Assembly (NCBI GenBank): GCA_965603825.1
Contig: CBFDEM010000064.1
Location: 336,355 to 400,354, forward strand
DNA: 64,000 nt
Origin: Blepharisma stoltei ATCC 30299
Taxonomy: Eukaryota; Protista; Ciliophora
Direction of reading: 5' to 3'
A program made the position numbers and the translations under genes. Positions 36,430 through 49,341 of the stretch are shown piece by piece (position 1 is the first letter of the stretch; each line of letters begins with the position of its first letter). The notes beneath the pieces are model-generated. The model did not search any database and was not told the DNA's origin. It saw only the letters and a program-made list of their open reading frames with translations.

Positions 36430-38230
36430 TTTAGAAGCAAATTTTATCAAGAAATTCTTTGACTGTTTTTCAAATTTATGAATTGGATAGAAATTATAAA
36501 TTACTATAATGCAGCCTCAGCCTTGCTTTAAAATCCTAAATAAAAAATCTTAATGATGCTTATCTTTGACAAAAATAAAGTTGGGCTATATTTAGAACTA
36601 ATTTTTGGGTTTGAGTGTAGGGATAAAGGATTTCGGATAATCAAAATTGCTAGTGCCTTTTGGACGAATATAACCCTTTATTACAGCCCACGCCAATATT
36701 CAATTTCTAATAAAGAAATGGCTTCTAATGCAATATTTAATCCTAAGCGATATTTATAAATCTTAATTTGAGATAATTTTGGAGAGGATAGCTTTTTTGC
36801 CGAGAAAGATGCTACGAGGACAATTTTTTTTATTCGCCAATAATAAATTCTTAATTTTATAATAATTCAATCTAAGATGCTAAAAGAATCAGCATCCAGT
36901 CTCCTAATGCTGTCTTAATTAAACCAAAAACTTAGGAAAATCTAGTTCTACTAGCTATAGGACATAGGAAACTTAGTGTTTTTTAGATTAAAAATGCATT
37001 AGCTTTGAATAGAAGAATACCCCTAAATTTAATATCAAATCCGTAATATTTTAAGTTTATCTGAAATTAAAAAAATGCAGCTGCGAATAAATTTAGATTC
37101 AAATATATCCTTACAATTAGTTTAAAGTCCCACATATTAGACAGACTTTTTTACAAGTAAAATTCATTTCTTTTGTCAAATCTATCAGAGAGAGCTGTCT
37201 TTAAAGATTTTAGGCTTAATCTAATAAAAATTAAAAATTCAGCATTACTGGTCCCAAATAATCTAGCTTTAATAAATTCCAAGTTTTGATAAAGATTTAT
37301 TTTATTAGGTCTGCAAATTAAGCTTATAAATTCATTAAAACGGTATGGGAATCGTTCCTAACTCTCAATTTCTGCAGCTGATGACTGAAAATGGTCTGGA
37401 TACTTTGAAAAAATAGCGACGTGTTGATATATGTATCCAGAAAAGCCAAGAATCAATGTGGGAGTATTTTCTTAATGGGAAGGAGAGCAAAAAGTTTGAA
37501 AAGAATTCTCACAGCAGTGACTTAGGATGTTTCTAGGTCATTCAGGAAACTTACTCATCTTGATGCTAGACATTGCAGTTTTAAGCTTTCATTTTATTTA
37601 GTAGCGGGTTCAAAAATTCGAGCATTTTGACTCTCCATTTAAGGCGACCCTGATGATGTGCGGCGATGCGTCATAAACTATCTGAATTCTGGGAGCGAGT
37701 ACCTTTCCTATTTAGGAAGAATAATACAGTGCAAGGCATGTGCCGACTGACTAGCTAGCTGTCGGTATTCAATATGTGAATAAGAACCTTTGGATACCAG
37801 ACGGCATGCTTATAAATAATTTAAATTTAGCTAATTAAAGAAAAATATAAATTAAATTCTCGACCTTTTTTCAAGCGAGTTTAAGCACCTCTTTTATGTT
37901 CGAAATTCACAGTAGATTTTTGGTTTCAATTGCCAATAAAAATATATAAAAAAAATTTTTAAATGAAAGATTGATCTCTTGAACAGAATTCACATTTTCT
38001 AAATCAAGAAAAACTTTAAAATTAATTTTATGTCTCCTAAGTCTAGCAATAATTATTTATTTTTGGGTTTATTTCTTTTGTTAAAGCTTCTCCTAAAAAT
38101 GTAGAAAATGCTATTTCTTTTTTTACGATTTCCAAAATGGATAATTAGATTTTATAAATGACAAAATAATGCACCGCGTCTCATCTTCTGGTATAAAACT
38201 TACTTAATAAAGGTAAGCTCTGCTTAAAAA
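36430..38230. repeat. Orphan copy of the surface-gene promoter/upstream block, homologous to 39820-41255, with no gene attached
   Basis: Collinear similarity from aaattttatcaagaaat... to ...tcttctgg.ataaaact...aaggtaa.ctctgct. Confidence 0.8.
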
Positions 38231-38336
38231 GATTTGCTTTTCCAAGAAATTTGCATAAATATAAACTGATCCTTGCCATAAATTAATAGAAAAAGATTTA
38301 ATGTTTTTGAGAAAAGTTTAATTACCCTTAAAGAGA

Positions 38337-39774
38337 CTAGACTTGAGCAAAATCAGAGTCTAGTGTAATTGGAAGATCGGTTTCTTGAACACTAGGAGCA
38401 TTAACTTTGCATTGCTTCGAGCCTGCTGCGCAGCCAGTGATAGTCCATGTACCTGTAGGGATATCAGCACCTGAGTTTGAAGTAGCTGTAAATGAACTTT
38501 TCGACAGCCCAGTTTTAAGCGGATGAGCAAAGTCAAGCACGATATTCTGACCATCGAAGCTGACCTCGAATCCAACAGAATCGACTCTGCAAGTAGTTCC
38601 TGTTTGAGTTATCGCTTGAGCACAAGTATAGCACTCTGGACCTGGCTCGCAAGTTGTGCAGGAGTCGGCACAAGCTAAATAAAATCTTACAAAGACAAGA
38701 TGTTGTTGAAGCGACACTATCGTCATTAAGGAAGTATCCAGTTTCACATACATCGCATTGAGTGTTTTTTACTGAGCATTCAGCACAATGATTGGCTTTG
38801 GCGCAACCTAAGTAGAAATTACAGTGATAATTTTTAAGTTCATTAATAGTGCCATCATCCTTGCAAGCTTGGCAATAATACAACTTCTCTCTAGCTGAAT
38901 CAGGATCGCAAGTCAAGCATGCATATTGAGAGCAAGAGGTGCAATACTGTAATGATGATAAGCACATGGAGCCTGTAAGACTTTTGAAATTTTGAGGGCA
39001 TATGCTATCAATGCAAGTTCCAGCAGGAGAGCAAGGCGCCGCTATAATAGACGGATCTGTGCCATCATTTAATGTTATTGTATCATAGGGAGCACCACTT
39101 ATGTCAGCACTCTTTGCAAGAACAACCCTATGGAACTTTCCCTTAATTGACTTTCCAAAATAAAATCTTCCACCAGGCATAATAAAAGCAGCAGAAGTTT
39201 TGGAAATTTTTGCTGTGCCAGTCAATATAACATCTAAAGTCTTAGTGCTTCAGTTATCTTTAAAGTGAAACGCAATAAAGAGCCACTTGTCTGTATAGGA
39301 ATTACTTAAAGGGACAGTGAAGGAAATGTCATTAGCTGGATCAGTGGTTGTCGTGTCTGAAAAGAAGGAAAGTTTTAAGGTGCCATCCTTAGTTGATGAG
39401 ACAATATAATGCTGGCTAAAGTCAGATCCAAATTGAAAAACTTTGTCGCTAGTAGTTTTTTCAAAGTTTACCCAAAATCCAAATGCGTATTCTGTAGGGT
39501 CAGTGAATAAGTCACTTGCGCTTGCTGTAAAACTCCAGGTTTGACTCCCGTCTAGGCTTGTTGAGCTGCAGCCAACATTTGAGTCTAGATTAGTAGGGAC
39601 ATGTGAATCTGTATCTATAAAAGGAATGCCTGAATTTACAGCATTGCTAAAGCCATTGGCTGTAGGATCTCCTGTTGCTTTTGTAAGACTCCAATCACCT
39701 GATAGTGCAAATCCCTTGGCAAATGATAAGAGGATGAGGACGACGAGAAATTTTAGTGGCTTTGAATAAACCAT
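38337..39774 (-). CDS. MVYSK-family secreted protein copy 2, 468 aa (ConA/LamG-like, Cys-rich, C-terminal beta-rich domain)
   Basis: Three ORF pieces joined by TGA 39250 and introns 38808-38822 (15 nt) and 38675-38690 (16 nt); spliced length 1407 nt, open. Confidence 0.85.
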
Positions 39775-42700
39775 TTTTTTATAAGCAGTTTTATCTAATT
39801 TTATATATGTTTGTTAAGGAAATTTTAATAGTAAATTTTATCAAGAAATCTTTTGACTATTTTACAAATTTATGAATTGGATGGCTTGAATAGAAATTAT
39901 AAATTGCCTTAATGCAGCCTCAACCTTGCTTTAAAATCCTAAATATAATATTTCTAATTTTGCATTTCTTTGACAAAAACTAAGTTGGCCTATATTTAGA
40001 ACTAATTTTTTGGTTTAAGTGTAGGGATAAAGGATTTTGGATGATCAAATTTACTAGTATAGATTTGACGAATACAACCCTTTATTAGCGTCCAAGCCAG
40101 TATTAAATTTATAATAAAGAAATGGCTTCTAATTCAATATTTAATCCTAAGTGGTATTTATAAATCTTAATTCAAGATAATTTTGTGAGGACAGCTTTTT
40201 ATTGAGAAAGATGCTGTGAGGACAATATTGTTTTATTCACCATAAATAAATTCTTAGTTTTATAATACTTCAATCTAAGACGCAAAAAGAATCAGCGTCT
40301 AGCCTCCTAGTGCTATCTTAATTGAAGAAAAAGCTTATTATGATTTAAGAATTTCTGACTATAATAGCTATAGGACATAAGAAACTTAGCATTTTTTAGA
40401 TTAAAAATTCTTCAGCTTTGAATAGAAGAAATGCCCATAAATTTAATATCAAATGCATATGGCTTTAAATTCATCTAAATTAAAAACTGTTTTCAACAAT
40501 TTTCAAAGCTCATTAGTTGAATTATTATGAATTCTGCCATTATAAAATTAGCACAAGTATATGCAAAAATGGTGCAAGAAACCCTTTAATAATTTAGTCA
40601 ATAGGCACTGTTTATCAACTTGAAGTTTTCATTTTAGTCACAGCTGATTCAAAAATTCAAGCTTTTGATTCTCTATGAAAGACGACACTGCTGATTTGCG
40701 GAGATATGGCATAAGCGATCTTAATTCTGAGAACGGGTGCCTTTCCCTCTTTAGGAATAAGTAATACAGTGAAAGGCATGAGCAGACTGACGAGCTAGTT
40801 GCGGGTTTTTCTGGATGAGAATAAAAATCTTTGGATACTAGACAGATTGCCTTTAACTTAATTTAAATTTAGCTATTGAATAAAAAATATAAAATCAATT
40901 TTCAGCCTTTTTTCAAGCGAGTTTAAGCACCTCTCTTATATTCGAAATTCGCATTAGTCAAGTGGTAATAAAAAATAGATAAAAAGGGTTTTTAATGAAA
41001 GATTGATCTCTTGAGCAGAATTCGCTTTTTCTGAATCAAAAAATACTTTTAAAGTTAATATTATGGCTCCTGAGTCTAGAATTATTCTTGAATGTTTTGG
41101 CTTTATTTCTCTCATTAATGCATCTCCTAAAGCGTAGAAAATGCTATTGCTTTTTGACGGTTTCCGAAATGGATAATTAGATCTTATAAATGACAAAATA
41201 AAGTGCTGCATTTATCTTCTGGCATAAAACTAACTCTATAAAAGTAAACTCTGCTAAGTTTTTTTGGAATTACTTATTATCTTGATAAAAATTTGTAGAT
41301 AAAATTGTAAAACGAGCATTTAATATTAGAAGGTCATAATCTCAATAAAGCTTATTAGTAATTTAAACCTTCTTAGTGCTTTATCTCAAATTCAATTTCT
41401 TTAATTTGAATGAGCTCATAATTATAGGCTTTTTAGTCCTTCAACTTAAATCCAAAATATTTGTCTATAATCACAGGCTAACTCAGCTTTCTTAGGGCAG
41501 TTCTCTATCTTGTTATTTTATTATAGCCTAGATGTGAGTTTGAAATGATTTTCTAATACTTACCTTGAAGATAAACTTTCACTTGCAGATTTGCACCATA
41601 GTTTACTTTATTCTGAAAAATTATGAGAGTAGATTATTTTTCGGAAAATGAAACAGCTATAAATTAGAATCTGAGAATGTTAATGCTATCTAAAAATGAG
41701 CTTTGGGAAATTTAAATCTAATTAATGCATTATTGACTATATGAATGCATAATTCTAACCAAAACTTTTTGACTCTTTAAGCACAATATCAATCTTAACC
41801 TTAACTACTATATGCATTTTCTTTTAAAGTCAATCTCTTTTGTCTATCGGAGCTTTCAGTTTCGACAGCCTTCAAGCCATATCTTGGGGCAGTCAAGAAT
41901 CTAAAGGTTGCAGTTTTCACAGCAAGCAGCTAATACCACTTTTACGAAATTTCATGTTTTTGAAAGCAGGAGTCTCATGGTGCGCATTGTGGGCTGCTAG
42001 GTGTCAAGAATAATATCCCAAAAAACCTTATAATAAAAATTATCCAAAGAAGTTTTTCTGTATGGGATATCAATCAGATCAGATTATGTAGATCTGAATC
42101 AAGATTCACTATTTTAGATTTTTTAGAAATCGTTGTACATGGATTATCACTAAATTCTCAAATCTGAAAGGATCATCGAACCTAAATAGGAATAATGAGC
42201 TATGTATGCAAAAGGCAAGGGCTGAAGAGAAATATTAAGGTGCTTTGCTGATTTTGTTGGATCATAGCAATACCAGCATACTCAATTCACGAGGCCTAAA
42301 ATGTTTTCTGAAATTTGGAAAAGATTGATAAAAATTGAGATGATGTAAAAGGCATTATATTTTCAATGCTTTTGAATAATCTCTGCCTATATCAGAAACT
42401 TTGCAGACTAATAAGCTCTTTTTCGTAATTTTATTAAACTCCATATACTCTTAAAGCTTAAAAAAAAAAGCAGGACAAAAAATTATTTATCAGAATTTAC
42501 TTACAGAGGCTATATTTCATTATTAAGCCAAACTTATAATTTCCATACAGAATTCAAGCCATGGACGCCACTTTTCTGGGCTTTATGGCTTAAAAATATA
42601 TGCTCAAGCTTTTTCAAACATACTCGTTTTGAAATGTGCTTTAAGAGAGATCATAGAAGTTTTATGCTTGATAATAGAAATTATATGGTTCTGTCTTAAG

Positions 42701-42879
42701 TTTTTTAAATTTTAAATTCAAAGAACGCAAATTCATTATATTATCGTCAAACTAGACTAAAGCTATGCAATTTAATTTATTTCTTTTATAATTCTTCAAT
42801 TCATGTGGAATCTAGCCAAGGATAGCTCAGAGGCAGTCGATTGAAAAAAGCTATACTCTTATAATGGACATCAATAACT

Positions 42880-43025
42880 GTCTATTTTTGCTTGCTTTAT
42901 ATCATGCTTTTTCAATTCTTTTCTAAGCATCCTTGATTTTTTACCTTCGATTTCTTTGGATTTGATTAGGATTTCAGATTTCTAGACCCACTCTGAAGAT
43001 GTTGTCCGTCCTTAATACAGGCTCT
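42880..43025 (-). pseudogene. Highly degraded fragment of the 85-aa gene
   Basis: agcatccttga..ctttggatttgattaggatttcagattt..atacaggctc matches 27480-27600. Confidence 0.6.
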
Positions 43026-44557
43026 TTAATGCATTGCTATATAAGTAGATAAGTGGTTAATCACATTTAACCATATTTCTGAAAAATATCGAATTTTGAC
43101 GGGAGGATTATATACTCTACTCGTCAGAAACTCTAATTATTTTATCTAGCTAGTTCCTATTACTAGAAATTTATAGGTTCTAGCTGTATTCAGGGATTGC
43201 TATTTAATTAAACTGGCTGAGCAAATCATAGAGTTGGAAAATAATAAGGAGCTATGGCAAATTGAATTGCATCGTGAAGTCCTTTCACTTAGAAGACTAT
43301 TTTTTAACTTAATTTAGGTTTATTTGATTTGGATATATTTAGCCTCCTATTTTCTTGGGCATTTTTGTTGACTATGACTGTTTTGGCCCATAAATGCTAA
43401 ACACAAAGAATCTGCAGAAGCTTCTCATCTTCTTGAAAGCAACTTTTATTAAAGAGCTAAGTATTTTGATTAGAACACAGCAAGCAAATCCTTAGTTATC
43501 ATTAAAATCTCCCAAAAAGGATTTTAATTCAATTTTCATTTCAAGTTTTCTTTTTCATCTATTTTGATGAGATTTCAATTTTATTGGGGCTGAAAATCAT
43601 GATTTCCTTTGAATTTTATGAGAGAATCATTATCTGCGACTACTGTGCAATGGCAGCCTTCTAAAAGCCAAGCAGAGCTTGAAGAATAACTCGAAAATGA
43701 ATGAAAATTAAATTAAATTGAATTTCTCATAAATAATTGCTACCATAGAAAAAGTATAAAATTAATTAATAAATGCTAGATAAGCCTTAAATAATAATTA
43801 ACTTTTTATTTAATCTCTTATTTTGCTAAAAACTAGGCATTCGATTACAAATTTGAATAAGTAAAATAAGTTAAATTTTGAAGTGCTTATAATAGGAAGA
43901 TATAGGAAGCGATTTTGAAATTTTATAAAAATTTTCTTGAAAATTATAACTAAAAATGATTCATAAAGCAATTCTTAGCAATCTTATTTTAATAGCAGTG
44001 TTAAAATGAATTTAATAAGAGGATTAGCTGCCCTATAGTTAATCTTGATTGAATTTTAAGTTAGAAATCACTGGAAGCTTATTTTAGTAAGATCGGCCAC
44101 ATCGTGCTGTTCATAAAGGTGCCTTCTGACCAACCAGAACGAGGCATTGTAGAATTAATTTTCATATTTACTTTGTTGGCTGATTTCTTCCGTCTTGAGC
44201 AACTCTAGAAGCACTGAAGATCTTGCTGCAAGAACTGCAGGACCCAGTGCAGGTTAGATAAATTTATATATGCAGTGTGTGCATGCTTCATCATTGTAAA
44301 TTAAATAGCCTGCACCACATAAAGTGCAGAGCTTAATGAAGATAAACTGTCAAGAACTATATAAGAGCATTACAGCAACCTAAAGTAAAAAACACAGTAG
44401 GGTTTGATGTTCCAGTTAAACTTACTCATGATCTTTGTGAGTAATTAATGCAAATATTGCTTTTGAAAAAATATAAGCTTATATTATGATCCTTGACATA
44501 AATTAATAGAAGGTTTAATGGTTATGAGAAAAGGTTAGTTACCCTTAAAGATTTGGC

Positions 44558-45977
44558 TTAGACTTGAGTAAAATCGAAGTCAAGAGCAATTGGGAGATCG
44601 CTTTCTTGAATATTAGGAGCCAAAATTTTACATTGTTTCAAGCCTGTTGTGCAGCCACTGAAAGTCCATCCACTTGTTGGGATATCTGAACCTGAGTTTG
44701 AAGTAGCTTTAAATGAACTTTTTGACAGCCCAGTTGAAAGTGGATAAGCGAAGTCAAATACGATATTCGGAATATCGACACTGACCCGGAGCCCAACAGA
44801 ATCGACTCTGCAAGTAGTTCCTGTTTGAGTTACTGTTTCAGCACAAGTATAGCACTCTGGACCTGGTTGGCAATTTGTGCAGGAGTCAGCACAAGCTAAA
44901 TAGAATCTTACAAAGACAAGATTTTGAAGTGGGACTATCGTAAAGGAAGTATCCAATCACACATAAATCGCATTGAGTGCTTTTTACCGAGCATTCAACA
45001 CAATGACTGGCTTTGGCGCAACCTACTTAGAAATTACAGTGATAATTTTTAAGTTCATTAGTAGTGCCATTATCCTTGCAGTTTTGGCAATAAGTTCCCT
45101 CATCTCTAGCTGAATCAGGATCGCAAGTAGTGCATCCGTTGGCATCACAAGTAGTGCAATACTGTAATGATGATAAGCATATGTTGCCTGTAAGACTGCC
45201 GAAACTTTGAGGACATATACTATCAATGCAAGTTCCAGGAGTACAAGGCGCTGCTATAACATCCTGATTTGAGCCATCATCTAATGTTATTGTATCAAAG
45301 GAAGCATTTATGGTGGCACTCTTTGTAAGAATAACCCTATGGAACTTTCCTTTAATTTTATATCCAAAATTGAATTTTCCGTTAGGCATAATAAAATCAG
45401 TAGAAGTTTTGGAAATTAGGTCTATGCCAGTTAATAGAACCTCCAAAGTGATAATGCCTGAGTTATCCTTAAAGTGAAAAGCAATAAAGCATCACTTATC
45501 TGTATAGAAATTACTTAAAGGGACAGTGAAGAAAATGCTATTAGTTGATATCGCTGATCCAGTGGAGTCAACGAAGAAGACTTCTAAGTTGCCATCCTTT
45601 ATAGGTGATGAGACAACATAATATCCGTCATCGTTAGGTCCGAATTCAAAAACTCTTTCGCTAATAGTTGATTCAAAGTTTACCCAAAATCCAAATGTGG
45701 ACTCTGAAACACCAATTAAGTTGGATGCGTCTGCTGTTAAACTCCAGGTTTGACCACCACTCAGGCTTATTGAGCTGCAGCCAGTTACTGAGCCTAGATC
45801 AATAGAACTACCTATAGTTGTTATAGGAGGATTGCCACCATTTTCATGATTGGCGATGCCAGTGATTGTATCTGCTGTTAATCTTCTAAGAGTCCAATCG
45901 CCTAGCAGTGTAAAGCCCTTAGCAAATGATAAGAGAGTGAGGACGACAAGAGTATTTAGTGGCTTTGAATAAACCAT
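44558..45977 (-). CDS. MVYSK-family secreted protein copy 3, 462 aa
   Basis: TGA 45492 sits where copies 2 and 4 have TGG (YTDK-W). Introns 45023-45037 (15 nt, contains TAA) and 44896-44911 (16 nt); spliced length 1389 nt, open. Confidence 0.88.
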
Positions 45978-46810
45978 TTTTATTTATAAACAAATTTATT
46001 TCACTTTTATAAATTCTAAGCAAATTTTAATAGTAAATTTTACCAAGAAATGCTTTTATTGCTTTTCGAATTGTAATAAAAATTATTAGCAAGCAAGCAA
46101 TTGCCAAATGGCTTTGATTGAAATAAAGAACAAAAATCTAATAAATTTATGATTTTAAGGATTTGAGTTTCTTCCGGGAGAAATTATAGTTCTTCTAAAA
46201 TTAGCACTTTTTACCTTCCAAATTAATCCCCTTATATATACGGAAAACCCAGAAGAATAGAGAAGCTGTCTTAATAGCTAAATCTTCATTATTTTATTAT
46301 AGCTTAGAAGTTAGATGGCTAATTTATGCGGCTTTCTATTAATCCAAAATATTTACGATTTATTATCATATCAATAAGTTTATCAATAGATTTACTTACA
46401 GAAATATTTTAATAGATAAAAAAGTACCTCATGTCTCTCAAATGACCTTTTAGAAATATATTTCCAATAATACATCTTTGTCCTCCCTTTTAAAAAACGG
46501 TAATTTTTTCCCCTAGTCGAAAATTTACCATATCAGAAAACTTCAAATTTATTGCCGAGCATAAGTATTTAGGGTGAATTATTAACTAAAGTCCAAATAA
46601 TCCCAAATAATAAAGGAAATATTATTTTAAGTAAACTAATAAATGCAGGACTAATTTAATTAAAATTATAATTAAAAACCCAATAAGGGTTATTACTCTA
46701 TTTACAAGACAAATAAAATATATCTTTTTTAATTTAAAATATATATTTCTAAACTAACTTATAGTAGAAATTACGCAGAACCTTATAGAAAATTCTGATC
46801 TATATGATTA

Positions 46811-47106
46811 TTGACTGGTGGGTATCAGATTTCTGATTAATACAGCTTTGAAGGATTGATGATGCGTCATTGGCGTATTGAGAGACTCTGATGTCAAGTG
46901 AGAGAGATTTATGGTTAATTCGGCGCAGTTCAGTAAGCATGACTATGGAGCTATTTTTGCGAATTTGTGGGGCTGGGTGTGATAAAGCTTATTTCTATGA
47001 GAAGGATCCAGAAGACGGTTCGCTGTTTTGAATAACTTGGTAAAGCCTATTTATTCTAGTGATTTTGCAAATTATACCAACAGGGTTGCAGTTGGAATTG
47101 GAGATG
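46811..47106 (+). pseudogene. WD40 gene 3' fragment at the tandem-duplication junction
   Basis: Matches 26609-26906 (ttgactgg.gggtatcagatttctgat...gttgcagttggaa.tggagatg). Confidence 0.9.
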
Positions 47107-47918
47107 TAAAATTAATTAATAAATGCTAGATAAGCCTTAAATAATAATTAATTTTTTATTTAATCTCTTATTTTGCTAAAAATAGGCATTTGATTAAAAA
47201 TGTGAATAAATATAAGCTAAGTTTTGAAGTGCTTATAATAGGAAGGAAGATATAAGAAGTGATTTTGAAATTTTATAAAAATTTTCTTGGCAATTAGAAC
47301 TAAAAAATGATTCATAAAGCAATTTCTTAAGCAATATTATTTTAATAGCAGTGTTAAAATGAATTTAATAAGAGGATTAGCTGCCCTATAGTTAATCTTA
47401 ATTGAATTTTAAGTTAGAAATCACTGGAAGCTTATTTTAGTAAGATCGGTCACATCCAGTTGTTCATAAAGGTGCCTTCTGACCAACAATAATGAGGCAT
47501 TGTAAAATTAATTTTCATATTTACTTTGTTGGCTGATTTCTTACGTCTTGAACAACTCTAGAAGCACTGAGGATCTTGCTGTAAGTACTGCAGGACCCAG
47601 TGCAGGTTAGATAAATTTATATATGCAGATGTGTGCCTTCTTCATCATTGTAAATTAAATAGCCTGCATCACATAGAGTCTAGAACTTGATAAAGGTGAA
47701 CAGTAAGAAAAATATAAGAACATTACAGCAGCCTAAAGTAAAAAACACAGTAGGGTTCGAGTTGCCAGTTAAACTTAATCATGATCTTTGTGAGTAATTA
47801 ATGCAAATATTGCTTTGAAAAAATATAATGCTTATATTATGATCCTTGACATAAATTAATAAAAATAAAGAGGTTTATTGATTTTGAGAAAAGGTTAGTT
47901 ACCCTTAAGAGACTTGGC

Positions 47919-49341
47919 TTAGGCTTGAGCAAACTCGAAGTCAAGCGCAATTGGGAGATCGCTTTCTTGAATATTAGGAGCTCCAATTTTGCATTGTTTT
48001 AAGCCTGCTGTGCAGCCAGTGAAAGTCCATCCGCTTGTTGGGATATCTGAACCTGAGTTTGAAGTAGCTTTAAATGAACTTTTCGACAGCCCAATTGAAA
48101 GTGGATGAGCAAAGTCAAGCACAATATTCGAAGCATCGAGGCTGATCTGGTAGCCAATAGAATCTTCCCTACAAGTAGTTCCTGTTTGAGTTATTGTTTC
48201 AGCACAAGTATAGCACTCTGGACCTGGTTGGCAATTTGTGCAGGAGTCGGCACAAGCTAAATAAAATCTTACAAAGACAAGATGTTGTTGGAGTGGCACT
48301 ATCGTCATTAAGGAAGTATCCAGCTGGACATAAATCGCATTTAGTGCTTTTTGTCGAGCATTCAGCACAATGACTGGCTTTGGCGCAACCTACTTAGAAA
48401 TTACAGTGATAATTTTTAAGTTCATTAGTAGTGCCATCATCCTTGCAAGATAGGCAATATTGTGCCTCATCTCTAGCTGATTCAGGATCGCAAGTAGTGC
48501 ATCCGCTGGCATCACAAGCGGTGCAATACTGTAAAAATGACAAGCATATGTTACCTGTAAGACTGCCGAAACTTTGAGAACACACACTATCAATGCAAGT
48601 TCCGAGGAGTGCAAGGCGCTGCTATAGCTTCTTGATTTGAGCCATCATCTAATGTTATTGTATCAAAGGAAGCATTTATGGTGGCACTCTTTGTAAGAAT
48701 AACTCTATGGAATTTTCCCTTAATTTGACTATCCAAAATCGAATTTTCCACCAGGCATAGCATAACTCATCAAAAGTTTTGGAAATTTTGGCTATGCCAG
48801 TTAATAAAACCTCCAAAGTAATAATACCTGAGTTATTTATAAAGTGAAACGCAATAAAGCACCATTTATCTGTATAGAAATTACTTAAAGGGACAGTGAA
48901 GGAAAAGTCATGAGTTCAATAATTTACTCCAGAGGCTGAGCCGAAGGCAACTTTTAAGGTGCCATCGGTTCTTGATGAGACACTATAAAATGGGCCTATG
49001 CTATTTCCGAACCGAAAAACTCTTCCGCTAATAGTTGATTCAAAGTTTATCCAAAATCCAAATGTGTACTCTGAAGCATCAATTAAGCTGGACACGTCTG
49101 CTATTAAAATCCAGGTTTGACCACCACTCAGGTTTATTGAGCTACAGTCAGCTAATGATCCTAGATCAATAGAACTATCTGTAGTTATAGGAGGATTGCC
49201 ACCATTTTTAAGATTGGCGATGCCAGTAATTGTATCTGCTGTTAATCTTCTAAGAGTCCAATCGCCTAGCAGTGTAAAGCCCTTGGCAAATGATAAGAGA
49301 GTGAGGACGACGAGAGCATTTAGTAGCTTTGAATAAACCAT
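47919..49341 (-). pseudogene. MVYSK-family copy 4, frameshifted as assembled (pseudogene or consensus errors)
   Basis: Full length, with TGA 48916 and introns 48390-48404 and 48257-48272. Three single-base insertions versus copy 3 near 48766, 48731 and 48604 introduce stops. Confidence 0.7.

Noticed and set aside
41260-43680. Possible transposon or IES in the unique AT-rich stretch
   Set aside because: No terminal inverted repeats, target-site duplication or transposase motif seen; IESs cannot be called without a germline/soma comparison
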